Positions 26,001 to 38,717 of a stretch of 64,000 nt of DNA are shown one piece after another; position 1 is the stretch's first letter; each line of letters opens with the position of its first letter. The position numbers and the translations under genes were made by a program. Source of the stretch: Catajapyx aquilonaris. Lineage: Eukaryota. The DNA is taken from assembly GCA_000934665.2 (NCBI GenBank), contig JYFJ02000049.1, positions 124,001-188,000 on the forward strand. Direction: 5' to 3'. Under the pieces are notes generated by a model. It was given only the letters and a program-made list of their open reading frames with translations, was not told where the DNA came from and searched no databases.

Positions 26001-29000
26001 CTAATTGCGATGCTTATATCCATATAAGGATGCCACGAATATTCGGGTCAAACTGTTGTGTCCCGACGGGGTGATCACAGCGGGACCTCGCTAATGGCAG
26101 TATTGGGAACGACCGATCACTCTTAGTAATGGCCCAGTGGAGGCTTTACCTAACCCGGCACAAAATAGGCCCTTATGGGATGGACCACCCTTTTTTTTTG
26201 GAGCCGTGTGAAACATAATGTATCGGCACCCCCCGTCTCAGAATACGCCCTCCAAAAAGTTTTCCGGCGAATAATTAGCCCCATCCCAATGTGGATTAGG
26301 CGAACAGAAACCTAATGGGAACCGCCTCTGGGTGCCCCGGGGCTCCATTCTGATTGCGCTGATCTTTCCATTAACTGGGAAATACTGCATAATCGGCGTG
26401 GTTACTATGCAAATTCAAACTCAGCACGATAGTGTATGCGACCACGGGGATTGTGTCTGACAGGGGACCTGGGGAAGAGGAGGGCAAAGGGGGGATATGA
26501 GGCACAGGGTGACGGGGACAGTCAATGCAAGGGCTGTTGCATGTTGCTGAATGCAACGACAGAAAAAAAATAACGGCAGCACTAATTTAAAATGTTCCGT
26601 CCAGGCTTTTTACAGCGAAAGTGCTGAGATCAGGCAGCGTGAAGCCACGCACAAATTAATTTCATCTGCATGTTAAATATCAGGCCCCTGGAATGCACAG
26701 CCGGGTTTAAATAAAAGAGGGGACGTTTTGTGCTTCTAAACGGAGAAAGGCGCGCTAACAATAACATCCACTAGAGCCAGGGCCATTTGCAACACTTGCC
26801 CTTTTTTTCTTTTTTTAAAAAAAGGGAAGGCCAAACATTTTTTGGCAAGCTCGGCAACCGGAACGTCTCCATCATAATTCCGCGCGTCCCCTCGCAGTCT
26901 TCAAAACCCCTTTTCCTCCGAGAAGTCTGGAGGGAACAATCTGAAAAATTACTCGAGCGGAAAAATTTGCAATCGCACCCAAAGCGTCTTTTCTGGCAGC
27001 CGAAGAATATCAACAAGAGAAACAGTGCACACGTACGCCCGTCGACAAACTGGGGATAATTTATTTCCCCCCCTCCCCCTCCTTCCCTATCCGACGTCTC
27101 ACACAGGATCCAATCACGTCTGGAAAGTGAGCAGAGACGACGAACTGTTTGATGAAGTTTTCGGTTCTCAATCTCCGCTTCTGTAACCCCACTCCTCCCT
27201 CGTTACTTCTTGTGCCTTCAAAGTTTGCTGCTGGGAGAAGGACAAAAAAAAAATCTCGACTGTGACCAGGATTTTTTCCCCCATCTTGCTGTCTCCTATA
27301 CACATCCTTTCAGACACTGTCGCTCTTCCTATTCGACCTCGAATATTGGTCCTGACATTCAGGTCCACTTGTAAAATGATGGAGACCGCTATATTGTTGG
27401 CCACTAACCGGTGTATACCTTTCACCGGAGACTGGTGCCATCCATCTCCTGGGGATGTAATGGAGCAGCAGGCACTCATGTTAGCACAAGTCCCCTTCTT
27501 TTGACTTTGAGAAAAGTAGGCAGCCGCTTTGTCACCCGACTGCCGAGCACTCGAGTAGATATGACCGGCCATTAGCCGGACCTGCTGCCAAGTTTAGTGT
27601 GTAAGGTGCCTGAGCAATTAAAGTGGGGTAGTAAAGTCCTGCCCGTTGAAAATATGGACTTGGGGGTCTTTTGTGAATGCGAAACATTTCCCCCTAAACA
27701 GCATTCCAAGCGCTGGAGGAAGTTGTTATCACTCGGAAAATGACTTTTCACTGCTTCCTTCAGCAGCTGGCGCTATATCTGGCAGGCAGAAGCAGCATCC
27801 TGGGTTGCGAATAAAAGTAGGGTGGTTTTTTTTTTCTTTCACTCTACAGCTGTCACGTCTGCTTTACTGCTGCTTTATAAACCACACGGAATCGTCTGAT
27901 TTACTTAGTCTGAAGCCGGGGAGGCGTGAGCCAGGGCAAAGGAGCCATGCGGGAGCCCCAAGGTGCCATCCACATGGCGCTTTCTGGCGGCATCCAGCCT
28001 CCCGAGAGACACGTCTTTCAGGCCTCTCTTCCCCCCACCAGCCAACTCCGCTTCTATCCCGGCAAACCATGCACACAACTCCACATCAAACATTTACCAG
28101 AGTTGGATCAGGTGCAGACTCCACTACTGCCACCACATTCTAATGGATGCGGGAATTTCAACCGCGCTCCCGGAGCCAAATTGTCCGATTTGTTTTCCCC
28201 CAGCAAGTCTGTTGGGGGATTGCACACCTTTGGCCGCGCACTTGCCTTGCTCCACCCTCGGGAAATCACCAAAAGGACTTGCTCACTTCGCCAACTACAC
28301 TTTTTCTCTCCCTCCCTCCCACCCTAAGTACTCACCCCCCCTGCACTGATTAGCGGGGGGGTGTATAGCGTGCAGCAATGAGAGGGAGGCCCTAATTGCC
28401 GGTACTGTTAAAACGACGGGGCCATTACCATGCGACTCTATTGCACTAAATAAGTCGCGCACAAACCGCAAAGTGGGCACGCCACTGTGCAAAACCGCAC
28501 CATGCTCACTTTTTGATAATATTGTGGTCGGATACAAATGTGGTACTGGATGAGCACAGCCTGGAAATCGTTCGGAACATGAAAAGGAAGTTCGCTACTT
28601 GCTGTTTATTAGTTTACCAAAAGGACGGTTGTATCAACGACAATTAAAAAGAAAATCTGATTACATGCTAGTACTTTTCTTGTGTTTTCTCTAGTTACAG
28701 GGCTTCACAACCACCAGGAGAAATATAACACCCTATTGTTGTAGAGCCTACCAGCTAAGACGGATGTTGTTGTGGGCCATATAGCAGGAGGCAGTTGCAC
28801 AAGCGCAGTAAAACAGCGTCAAAGTAACCCTAACGGCTTAGTGCGCGTTTCCAGAAGCTGTAACCTCCTCTGACCTACCTAATGCAGGCTTTTAAAGGCA
28901 ATAACTCCGGTTATACCACAACGAACCACTGCAGTAGTGTAATAAAAAATGAATGCTATACATGGAGTGGCAAGCCGCGGTATTGAGTTAATGATGTCTG

Positions 29001-32000
29001 GGCTCCGTCTGTTTGGTTAATGGATACGTTGGAAGGTCATTATGTAGTAGGACTGCGGTTTATGCCCTCTTGCAAGGACCTGCATGGCCCTTTCAATCAC
29101 AAACCATTTTTCAGCAGATGGCCACTCTCCCATCTGGGGTTGTTTTTCCTCAGTAATAATTCTGACAACCAAATGGCTCTCTGTTGCAAACGTCAATTAC
29201 AACATGTCCATAATTAGCCACTTTACTATCTGATTAAAGCAGGGGATATTCTCGCTGTAGAGGTGAATTTAAGCGAATATTTAAATACGGTATACAGGCA
29301 TAATTCAGTTGCCTACTACACTGTGCCATACTAGTCACAGTTATACATGCACGCATGTAAACCACGTTGTAGTGTAAAAACATGAGACAGAATACATTTG
29401 CATGTCCAGCAGATTTGGGCTACAATGATGCAAAATGTGTGGTATGTCACGCATACGTATAACACTAAAGTAGCCTATAACCGACTGTATATATACCACT
29501 CTCTTACCTGCATGATTACACACATTACTCATTAACAGACACTAATTACTCAGTAACTCAAAAACGTAGAGCTGCAATAATCTCCCTTCAAGCACAGGCA
29601 TCTATTGTCGGGCCAAACGATTCCGTAACCCCCTTTTCGGCATTGTTACTATATTTTTGTTTTGCGGGAAGGGGGAATGGCAGAGTCAGCAACAAAAGCC
29701 GGAAACCAATTTGTCAAACGTCTTTCTCTCAGACCAATCAACTGAGCATAAAATCAAGTCTTTCTCCTTGGCTGCATGGAAACGGCTTCATTGGCCGTGT
29801 GGAATCGCTCCCCCTTCGATATTTCAAATCACGCTAACAAATTGTCTGCACTCCCCTTTTCTCTGACTGCTCACCCCTATACTACCCCCAAGCATGTTTA
29901 CTCTATAGAGCTAAAATTCCGGCCAAACATGAAGCTGTTTACCCAGGAACTGCCAAAGGGTGGAACAATTGTTTTAGTGGAGGAAAGAGTGGCAGTTGAA
30001 GGATTTTCATTAGATTGTGCATTAGATGCGGTGAGGCAATGAATAATACTGCATTAATATTGCGAAATCACACTACGGCGTTACTTATTACAGGGTAGAA
30101 GATATACTTCCAGTTCGAATTCAATTACATTTAGTCAGACGAAGCAAGGAATCCGGAAAGCTAGTGGACCAGACGGGACAAACGGCCTCTCCATGTGACT
30201 AATCCTCTCGTAATTTATAACCAGCTGTGGTTCATGATCAATTATTTTTTTCCCCATGAACTCCCTTTCATCTAATAGTCCGCCGGGATAGCGAACCCGA
30301 ATTGGAAAAGCCCTAGCAATCAGATAAGAGAGGTGGACAAGATGAGGAATGCTTTGCATGGCCATTTCCGATTGGTCAACACGCTACAATCCCCTGCGAA
30401 ACAAGCACGTCCCTGATCACTGCGCACCTCAACATTCTCAGGGCTATTTAAAGGCTCGTTTTTGTAGTTTTAAAACGAGCCAGGTATGCGCGCAATGTTG
30501 CAATTCTGTTTGTTTAGTGCCCCATATACACACAGCCCCCACTTGTAATGAAGCCATAAAGTAAAACTGTGGCAGCCTGGAATGACCATCTTCCCATTAC
30601 GGAGGTACACATTCACGCAACGGGGGATCCCCCTCGGTATTTTGGATTCAAATTGCCGGACCGCGAAGGGAAAGTGATAAAGAAACACCGAAAGAGAAAC
30701 CACAACGCCCCTTGCACGAACTTCCCTTAATAGACTATATGCACTTACGCGAGATATCTTGCATATTGCTGTATATTCTCCCTATAGAATATTGCGTCCG
30801 GTTTTTTTGCCTTTAATATCAGCGAAGCAAGAGTGACGCGGGGACATGATTCGCCTCAAAAAAAAGCAGGGTGTATAGTATAGGATAGCATTCTCCCTAG
30901 AGGCTGTGCTGCGATAACCCCGAAGGCGTGTGAGCAAGCAAGGGAATCCGAATCCCAGCGCCCGGTGTCGTTTTATCTCCATTACAAGAGGCGGCTGTGC
31001 CCCGCCATGAATCACAGATGCCACCACGTCCATCCCAACTCATTTTCTCCATCCGTACCATTTGGCTGGAGCTGGAAGGGTACGCCTTTCCTTGCTGCTT
31101 TCTATGGCTAGCACCGGCTGGCTGACAAAAAAAGCTTTTAGTGCAAATTTGGATGGTTAATGCACTGATAACGACATCATCTTTGTGTCACTCAGATCTA
31201 ATCAGTTATATGCAGATGTAACCGTGGCCTGAGCAACCTCTAACACCAGAGTGTTCCATGCAGGAAAAATGCTGGGAATAACTGAATTTAAAAAAAAGCT
31301 AATTACACGCAATTTTTCCACTTCCGTTCTCCCACCCCCAAAAATGAGGAATATAGAGTGAACCGTGCAACGAGATTCTTGCGTCTAATCATGTTTCGCA
31401 AAAGGTATCCAGTATCGCCGTTGAACTTTCTGCAGCTTGTAAATCAATATCGGGGGAACCGGTCCTATCAAACTCCAGCATTATCAGCGGTATACTACAA
31501 AAATCGATAAGCTTATTCTTTCGTAAATAGCGAAATATTCAGGTTTAACATGACAAGCCTGTATCAGTCACACCGTGCCAGATATAAGCCGGGAGAGACT
31601 ACCACTGCTGACCACTAACGACGTTATTATGGACAGTGAAGCTCTGATTTGCGTACGAAACAGGTGACACACATTATTGCCAACAGTGCATCGTATCAGT
31701 CTAGACCAGACCTCTCGTATTTAATTAGTTATTCGTGTGATGTTCATTTCAAGGTGATCATCTCTCAATAGACGGATACAGTGTCGGGTAACTACATACT
31801 CAAATTAATCAAAGAGACACTTGTATGCAAATGTATACGGCGCACCTGTTTTGATACTGTTGGAAATTTGACCATGGTGAATTCCAATGACATTTACAAT
31901 ATTTCTTAACCAGACATAAAATGAAGGCAACAATCTGAGGTGAAACAGTAGAAACCATAATAGTATGCCGCAGACAGAAATATCGCCATAGCCTCCATGT

Positions 32001-35000
32001 AACTAAAAACCTACGCATCACATACCAGTGATCGGGGCTCACCATATATTAAATGATTAATTCATAATTTTAGCCACAACTTCCTGGAATTTTTCGGTAT
32101 ACTCCAACAACTGTATATGCCATGTAGAATACTTCTGAGTTAAAAATCGGAAACATAACTTTTCGGCCGGATAATATTTTAACACCATTTAACCCGCCTC
32201 CTTGCATATTGTACGCAAAAAGAGCACGTTGCTTCCGAGTAAGGTCAACCACTATAAATAATAAACCGTGTAATTCAGCATTACGGAAATCCCAGCAGGA
32301 AATGGCTGTACATAATCCTGAAGCTTTAATCGCCTCCTAATTACGTATAACTTTTCAAACACATCCCTTCATCACGACTGCAAATACCTGAAGCGTATAG
32401 TGGCATGACACTGCTTTTCACCTCCAAAAAAAAAATTACGCTGAACCTGCTTGCAAAGTCAGTCTTTATCCGACCGCGTGACATCCGACGCACCGCATTT
32501 TTCCGTACATTCCAGCAGGGAGCAATCTTGCAGAGAAAATGTTAATCACATGGAGATGCAAGCAGCGGCACAAAAGGCCGCAAGCCTTTGCCAAACTCCA
32601 CGCCTAATGGTTTCGGAATAGTTGGTAGCAACCGCAGGCCCCGTACACACACGCTCTCTCTCTCTCTATAGATGTATGCGAGAAGGGAAATGGACTAGGC
32701 GGGAGGGGAAAGAGATGCACGCTGACAGTAATGGAACCAACACCATTTTCCGCACGGACCGAATAACAAATCTCGTTAATGAGGCCATCATTAAAAATTA
32801 GAACAACTGGACTTCCTCGGGTCCGCCAGCGCACAAAAGCTTGACTTCTAGCCCCGCCATGCAATATCCAATGCTATGACAATGAGAGGGGGTGAAAAAA
32901 AAGAGAGCATTCATTTGCTGAACACCACCAGTGCAGCCTATATACCATTGCATCATTGTAATTAACGCACTGTTCTAACAGCAGTATCGGTCCTACACTC
33001 TGCATGTGACAAAAAATTGTAGGAGTGCGACAGTAGGCTATATGCTGCATAGTGCGTAATCAGAGATTTTCCATTAATTATAGATACCCGTATTACACTG
33101 TGTACAGAGCCATGTAATGTTGCCTATATGTAACATCAGATTGCGTGTCATAAAGAATTACCTGACATCCTTTACCCAATGCACTTCCGCCAGACTGCGT
33201 GTGAGTGTTTTTGTAAGATAAATTATGACACAGTCTGTGGCGCCTGAATGACACTTTACATTTCTGAACAGGACGAGGCGCATTAACAAGTTAACAGGTT
33301 GAGAAAACACTAACGAGGGTGTTTTCTCGGCACACGGCATTTCATACAGCGCACATAAATAAGCAAAAGTTCGACTTGCAACGACGACAAGCCCGGAAAC
33401 CTAATCTGATTAGATCCGGAAAAGCTATAGTCCTGTAAAGTTGGAAATATCTGCCATAATACCGGAGCTGCTGGAAGTACTGGATTAAAATGCGGCAGTT
33501 GCTCAGGAGCTAAATTGTTCGGGTGTATCCTAACGACTGCCAGCGACCAAGTCAGGGGCAAGATTAAGACGACTGTAACAAGCTTCTTACGAGGACTTTA
33601 GGTGTGTCGTAAAGGTTAAGCCGTCTTCAATTTGTAGCCCGATAAAGAGAATCTCAGAGACACGTCCGATGAGCCCGCCATGGAGTCTACCAAAGTACAG
33701 CTACTAATTGAAGTCAAAGGAAAGAAAAAAAGGTTCGCCATCAGTTTTCCGCCTCCGTAAATTCTACAGTACATTATAAGAGAGTCTGTCATAATTTAAT
33801 TCCATGAACTTCGCATACCAAAGGATATTTGACCTAAAGGCTATACAGCCAAAGTAAATCACGAGGCTGATAATAAAACATTCAAAATCATCATGTGGCA
33901 ATCCAAAATGTTTATACCACCAATTTGTACTATTCTTCCGGCTATATTTTTTATGGCTTCCAGATATTGGACCCGATTAAGCAACTTCAATATTGAAATC
34001 CGAGTCGCTCTTTTTCCACAAAGTGCTTCGACCCTGCCCTCAGGAGATTTACCATCCTCATCAATAAAATCTCGCAAAGTTTCCAGGGTTTTGTGCGAGG
34101 GCTTCCCACACTGACTTTGTGAGTTATTTTTCTCCTTGCCATCCCCTATGTGCTAGCCCCACGTGCGTTTTCCAAAAAGGAAGGGGGGGGGGGGTGCAAG
34201 AAGCAAGCAATTTCTAGGGACTTATCGTGCGGCACATGGTTCGAGAGGCTGATGTTGGGCCCTGAAGGCAGGCCAAATGTGCATATAGTAACCATGAGCC
34301 GAGTGGGATCTCGTGTTCATCTGACGGAATATGCTGGGGAAGGTAGCAGCCAGCATGCCTGGAAGATTGGATTACCAGCACCACCTAAATCCATTAGGTC
34401 CAGGCGGTACGCTCTCCACCCCTACAATAAATGCCGAGAATTAATCTCCGAAGGGACTATCACGGAAAAAAAATCCAATAATGTACTGCATCAACGCATA
34501 AACAATCGGCGCATACGGGATCACAAAAAAATTATGGACAAAGGGCGCAGCTGTTCCTTCGTTCATTGATTCCTGTTTTAATAAAATGCGAGTAACGCCA
34601 ACTACAACTGCAAGCACTCTAATTGTTTCCATTCCAATAAGCCTTTTTTTGTACTTCCTTGCGAGTGTGTCAGGGTTGCCAGATTCCAGCATCCAATACT
34701 GCAAGTCGAGTCGAGGGAGTCCCAGAAGAGTGTGGCCCTAAACTAGGCTGACAGCTCATAAATTACTGGCTATTGTGCTAATCTTTCATAATGCTTGTTC
34801 ATCACCGGACAATTGGCGGCCACTGAAAGGGCCAACAAAGTTTGCAGTTGGGAGTAAGTGGGGAGGACCATGGGTTGACTCGAGGGAACCAAACCAGCAG
34901 TCAAGTTCATAACAAACCAGTAATAAGCATAAATTCTCATGCAATATATATTCATGCCTTCAAAAACAGAATTTCTGGCCACACTGCTCAGAACCGAAGT

Positions 35001-36557
35001 GATGAATCTCACTTCTATAGCTTATGTCAAAAAGCACTCTTGAGCAGAAAAGACGCATACTTCACAGTATTGAAGGTTAGGCAATGGCAGAACCCACCCA
35101 TAAGAAAAGACGCAGGTGGCTATGCAGTAGAAGCCATTTCCGCCTATCTTTCCTGGTCCTATACACTCCCTTCTTCAGCCGTCTAACCTAACACCCCCAC
35201 GTCAAAAAAATACTCCTTCCCACGAAGAGTAAAAGTCGTGGCACAAAAGGAAGAAGACGCATGACAGGAAAGGGGGCCATGGCTGCCTCTAAAAGGTCTT
35301 CTGTCGTTCCTCAATCCATAAATATGATTCGCGGTCCAAAAAAAAGACGCAGGGTGAATCCAAACTGCATCTATAGCCACTGGTTCTGACCCACCCTGCA
35401 GTCATGATGCACTTGCACAATGAAACCGTCGGAAGGACACAATATATTGCGGTGCTTGGATTCAACTGATCACTTGTTCAGGCCATTTCATTAGCATAAC
35501 GCTCGGTTTTGCAGACGAGCTGGCAACAAGAGTCACAATTTTGTCTGAAATTGCTACCACCCTCCCCTTGTCGAACCCCGTCGTTTGGAGAAGCTGATAC
35601 TACTCGAGCTCTTTGGTCGCACAAATCCCAACTTTGCAGCATGGTTATGAACAAAAGGATCGCTTTCCCGGTGATGACCACTCGTCCGCCTCTTTGACAA
35701 CAGCCCCCATGCTTGCTGCTGCTGCCCGGGGTTTTTGGTTTTTGGGTCGCAAACAACATGCAGGGAGAGAGTGGAGTGTGTGAGTGTGACGGCCGAACGA
35801 TGATACCCCCGACTGATGTCTACCAATTTGTGAAGAGCAGCCAACAAACGGCCTCATTTGCGTGGACAATTACCCTTCCCCCAGGGCCATCAGCGGTCAT
35901 ATCCTCGCTTTTGGTGGTCGGAGCCTGGACGCGTTATGCGCCTGCATGCTGATGGCCTCCATCTCCAGACAAGGATGTGTGCCCGTTGGTGCCTCCATGG
36001 ACCCACCAGGAACCGGTGGCCCAGCATCCCACCCACACCCTGGCTGCATCTAATAAGCCTATTTGACTTGCATCAGGCCACGCCCTGCCCACTCCTCCGC
36101 ACTTAATTCCAGCACGTCTAAGTAATATGTGGGAGGTGTTGCCCCGATTCAAATATGAAAAACAATAAACAGAGTTAGTAGCTCGCAGAATAATTACCTC
36201 CTACTGAAATAGTCCCAGTGTTTGTTCGACTGCAAAGGGTTGAATAACCCGGAAGCGACAATTTCGTGCCTCAGCACATAATCGAAGATTGTCACTTAGT
36301 TTCCGCCAAAATGGACGTTTCTGGTCCCCTGCACACCAGGAAATACCACTGCTTTAGTGTTATATGCACATAATCACCTCTCTTTATTCTCAGGTTGTTC
36401 CAGCAATTACTGGCCGTGAAGGGACATCACGTCATAATTGATATGATAAGGGACACTAAAAAAAGCCCGTCCCGACGAGAAAAGAATGCAAAGCGGTACT
36501 ACTGCTTATTCCCCCTGAATATAGTGAGTTGTGAATATTGCCCGGCACTTCTTGCGA

Positions 36558-36584
36558 CCGCTTCATAGCCCGCTTCATAGCCCG
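36558..36584 (+). repeat. 12-bp tandem duplication (CCGCTTCATAGC)x2 plus CCG
   Basis: Exact copies at 36558-36569 and 36570-36581. Confidence 0.9.
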
Positions 36585-38651
36585 ACTGTTCCAACCAGCT
36601 GCCCTCAATTTGAAAACTCATATCGTACAAAATGCAAAAGGCCTTCTTATGGGGCTCTGGTCGTAAAGCTGGTGAACGGTTGAAAATGGCGGGGGCCTCT
36701 CCTCTCAGCAGCTCTCAATTGCGCCGCATATCCGGCGGCGGTGGTGGCTAAACCCGGTAACACAATCTGTTTCGCACAATTAGAAATCAGGCAGATATGG
36801 TCAGCAAGCAGAGTGAATGCGGCCTGTGCTGATAACAGTGTGGAAACAAGCGCGGCCTGAACTGCGTGCACACATTACCCTGCTTCCCCATCAATCATTG
36901 ATTACAAATGAAAATTCCATCTCTCTGACCATTTTCCGCCACATTTAGCCGAGCCTCATCCGCAAAAACGAGAGTGCCACCCCCCCTAGTTTTTCTAGAA
37001 TCATATAATCTCTCCGGTTACCGTCCGCCTTACTTACGACTATGGCACCAAGAAACACAAAAGTGGGGGGGCCGCTTACACAAAAATTGCGCCTGTGGTA
37101 CTTGGCCGTAATTGGAGGAGGAATTAAGTTGGCGGAGCTCAGCCGAGAGCTTGAAAAAAAAAATGCAACTGGATATATAACTGGAATGAGGGCTGTGCAC
37201 TGTCGCTGAGGTAATTTCTTGCTCTTACTTTATTGTTGGTTTTTACGAGCGCGCAGAAACCCTCCCAAGTAAGGCTTGCTCCTTCCATTCTTTTAATAAG
37301 CGAAGGTGGAAGAGATCTACCGGAAAATAAAGCACACGTACCACTCTGGCATTTATTTTTAAAAACTATACCAAAAAAATGTAAGTGGATAACGCTATCT
37401 GCAGGGGGTAATGGCAGAAATTTTTGCGAGTTCTACAACCTCAGCATGCTGCAGTATAATCAGTGCTGGTTACACATTCATGTAACATTCGCTTCAGCAA
37501 ACACAGGGGCAGCCAAGAAGAAGCTCGCGGCAGACAAATGAAGTGTCCGGAGAAGGTGGAGGGCCATTACAATTATTTTAATTTTCAGCTCCAAATTTCA
37601 AGTTGATCCCCGCTGCGCAGTAATGGCCGGGATTAGGAGCCAATCCCCTTGTCGTTGGGGGTATACGGAGAGAGAAGGGGGGGTTCCTCCAAAAGCTGGG
37701 GACCCCCCGCGGCCCTCTTCCTTTTCCTCCACGAAGAATTGCTCTGGTCTGCGCAGGTGAATGGCTCCCAATCATAGCGACAAATGAGCAATTTGCATGT
37801 TTATGAATGGGTCATCAGTATGCAAAGGGCACGCTGGCACCGAGGGGTGGCTGGGAGGGGAAAAAGAACTGGCAGCATCCGAAGAAGCCTCACAAAAACC
37901 GTAGAGAGAGAGAGGGGCCAACTATGCGTCAATGCGTCACGCCATGCAGCAGCACGCATGCACGGACAGAAATGAATCTCTCTCGGACAAAAGTCGCATA
38001 TTTTGCCCTTACCCTTGTTTTCCTGGCTGCCCCTCCCATGATGGATATTTCCCCTTGGGGTATGAGCTGCTGCAGCCCCGTTAAAGAATCCTGGAATCTT
38101 TTCATTAAGGATCGCGTCGGCTGGGACGGAGCAACATTTTGCCCCATTTTGTGCAATGCAGGCTATTCACAATGGACGGGGGGTGGGGGGAAAAAACTGC
38201 AGCAGGCTCGTGACTCATCATGCCAAATTCGCAACATTCCGGGCGTAAATTATTCTTCATGACAGGCCGGTGGCACCCATTGGGTCACTCATGCAACTGA
38301 CGATAAGAATGCAATTTAAACGTTGGTGCACGGGAAAATAACTGCGCAATGACATCTCATTTTCGCATTACGAAGTTGGTCGTGAATTTTGAAAACTGCT
38401 GCTCGTTCGCCTCCCCTCCCCCGTCTCTCTGGTCTGGCATAAAACTAGATTGCTTTCACCCAACGGAGGCTTACCCCGTGATATACGTTCCTGAAGCGGA
38501 CTACTCTAAATCAGACTTTTGGAGTGAGAGCAAGACGAAGAGTCTCGCTCCTGTCCACTTGGATAACCAAAATGCTTGGGTGCTCGGGTTTTCCGCTACA
38601 AGTTGGGGAGGACCTATAAAAACCTGTGGGATGAATGGGGATGCGTCCTAC

Positions 38652-38717
38652 CTTGAATTCCTTTTGCTCTTCAGCACTGCTGGATGTTCCACCTTCCAGG
38701 GTTCCTCCTCGATGCTC
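38652..38717 (-). CDS. Candidate 66-nt phase 0-0 internal exon encoding EHRGGTLEGGTSSSAEEQKEFK
   Basis: Minus strand: ATTCACCCACCTCTTGTCTTTTCAG|GAGCAT…GAATTCAAG|GTAGGA. Branch-like TTCAC, strong pyrimidine tract, purine-rich body, length divisible by 3, and no stop in the phase left by the 63014 donor. No firm homology. Confidence 0.4.

Noticed and set aside
27201..27252. 24-nt in-frame microexon candidate (QQTLKAQE)
   Set aside because: The acceptor is good but the donor GAA|GTAACG is weak.
29501..29530. Second minus-strand CAG|GTAAG junction
   Set aside because: No pyrimidine tract upstream (GTGTGTAATCATGCAG).
33859..34077. GRIVQIGGINI resembling the PDZ segment DRIIQINGI
   Set aside because: The flanking PDZ residues are absent and there are no suitable splice sites.
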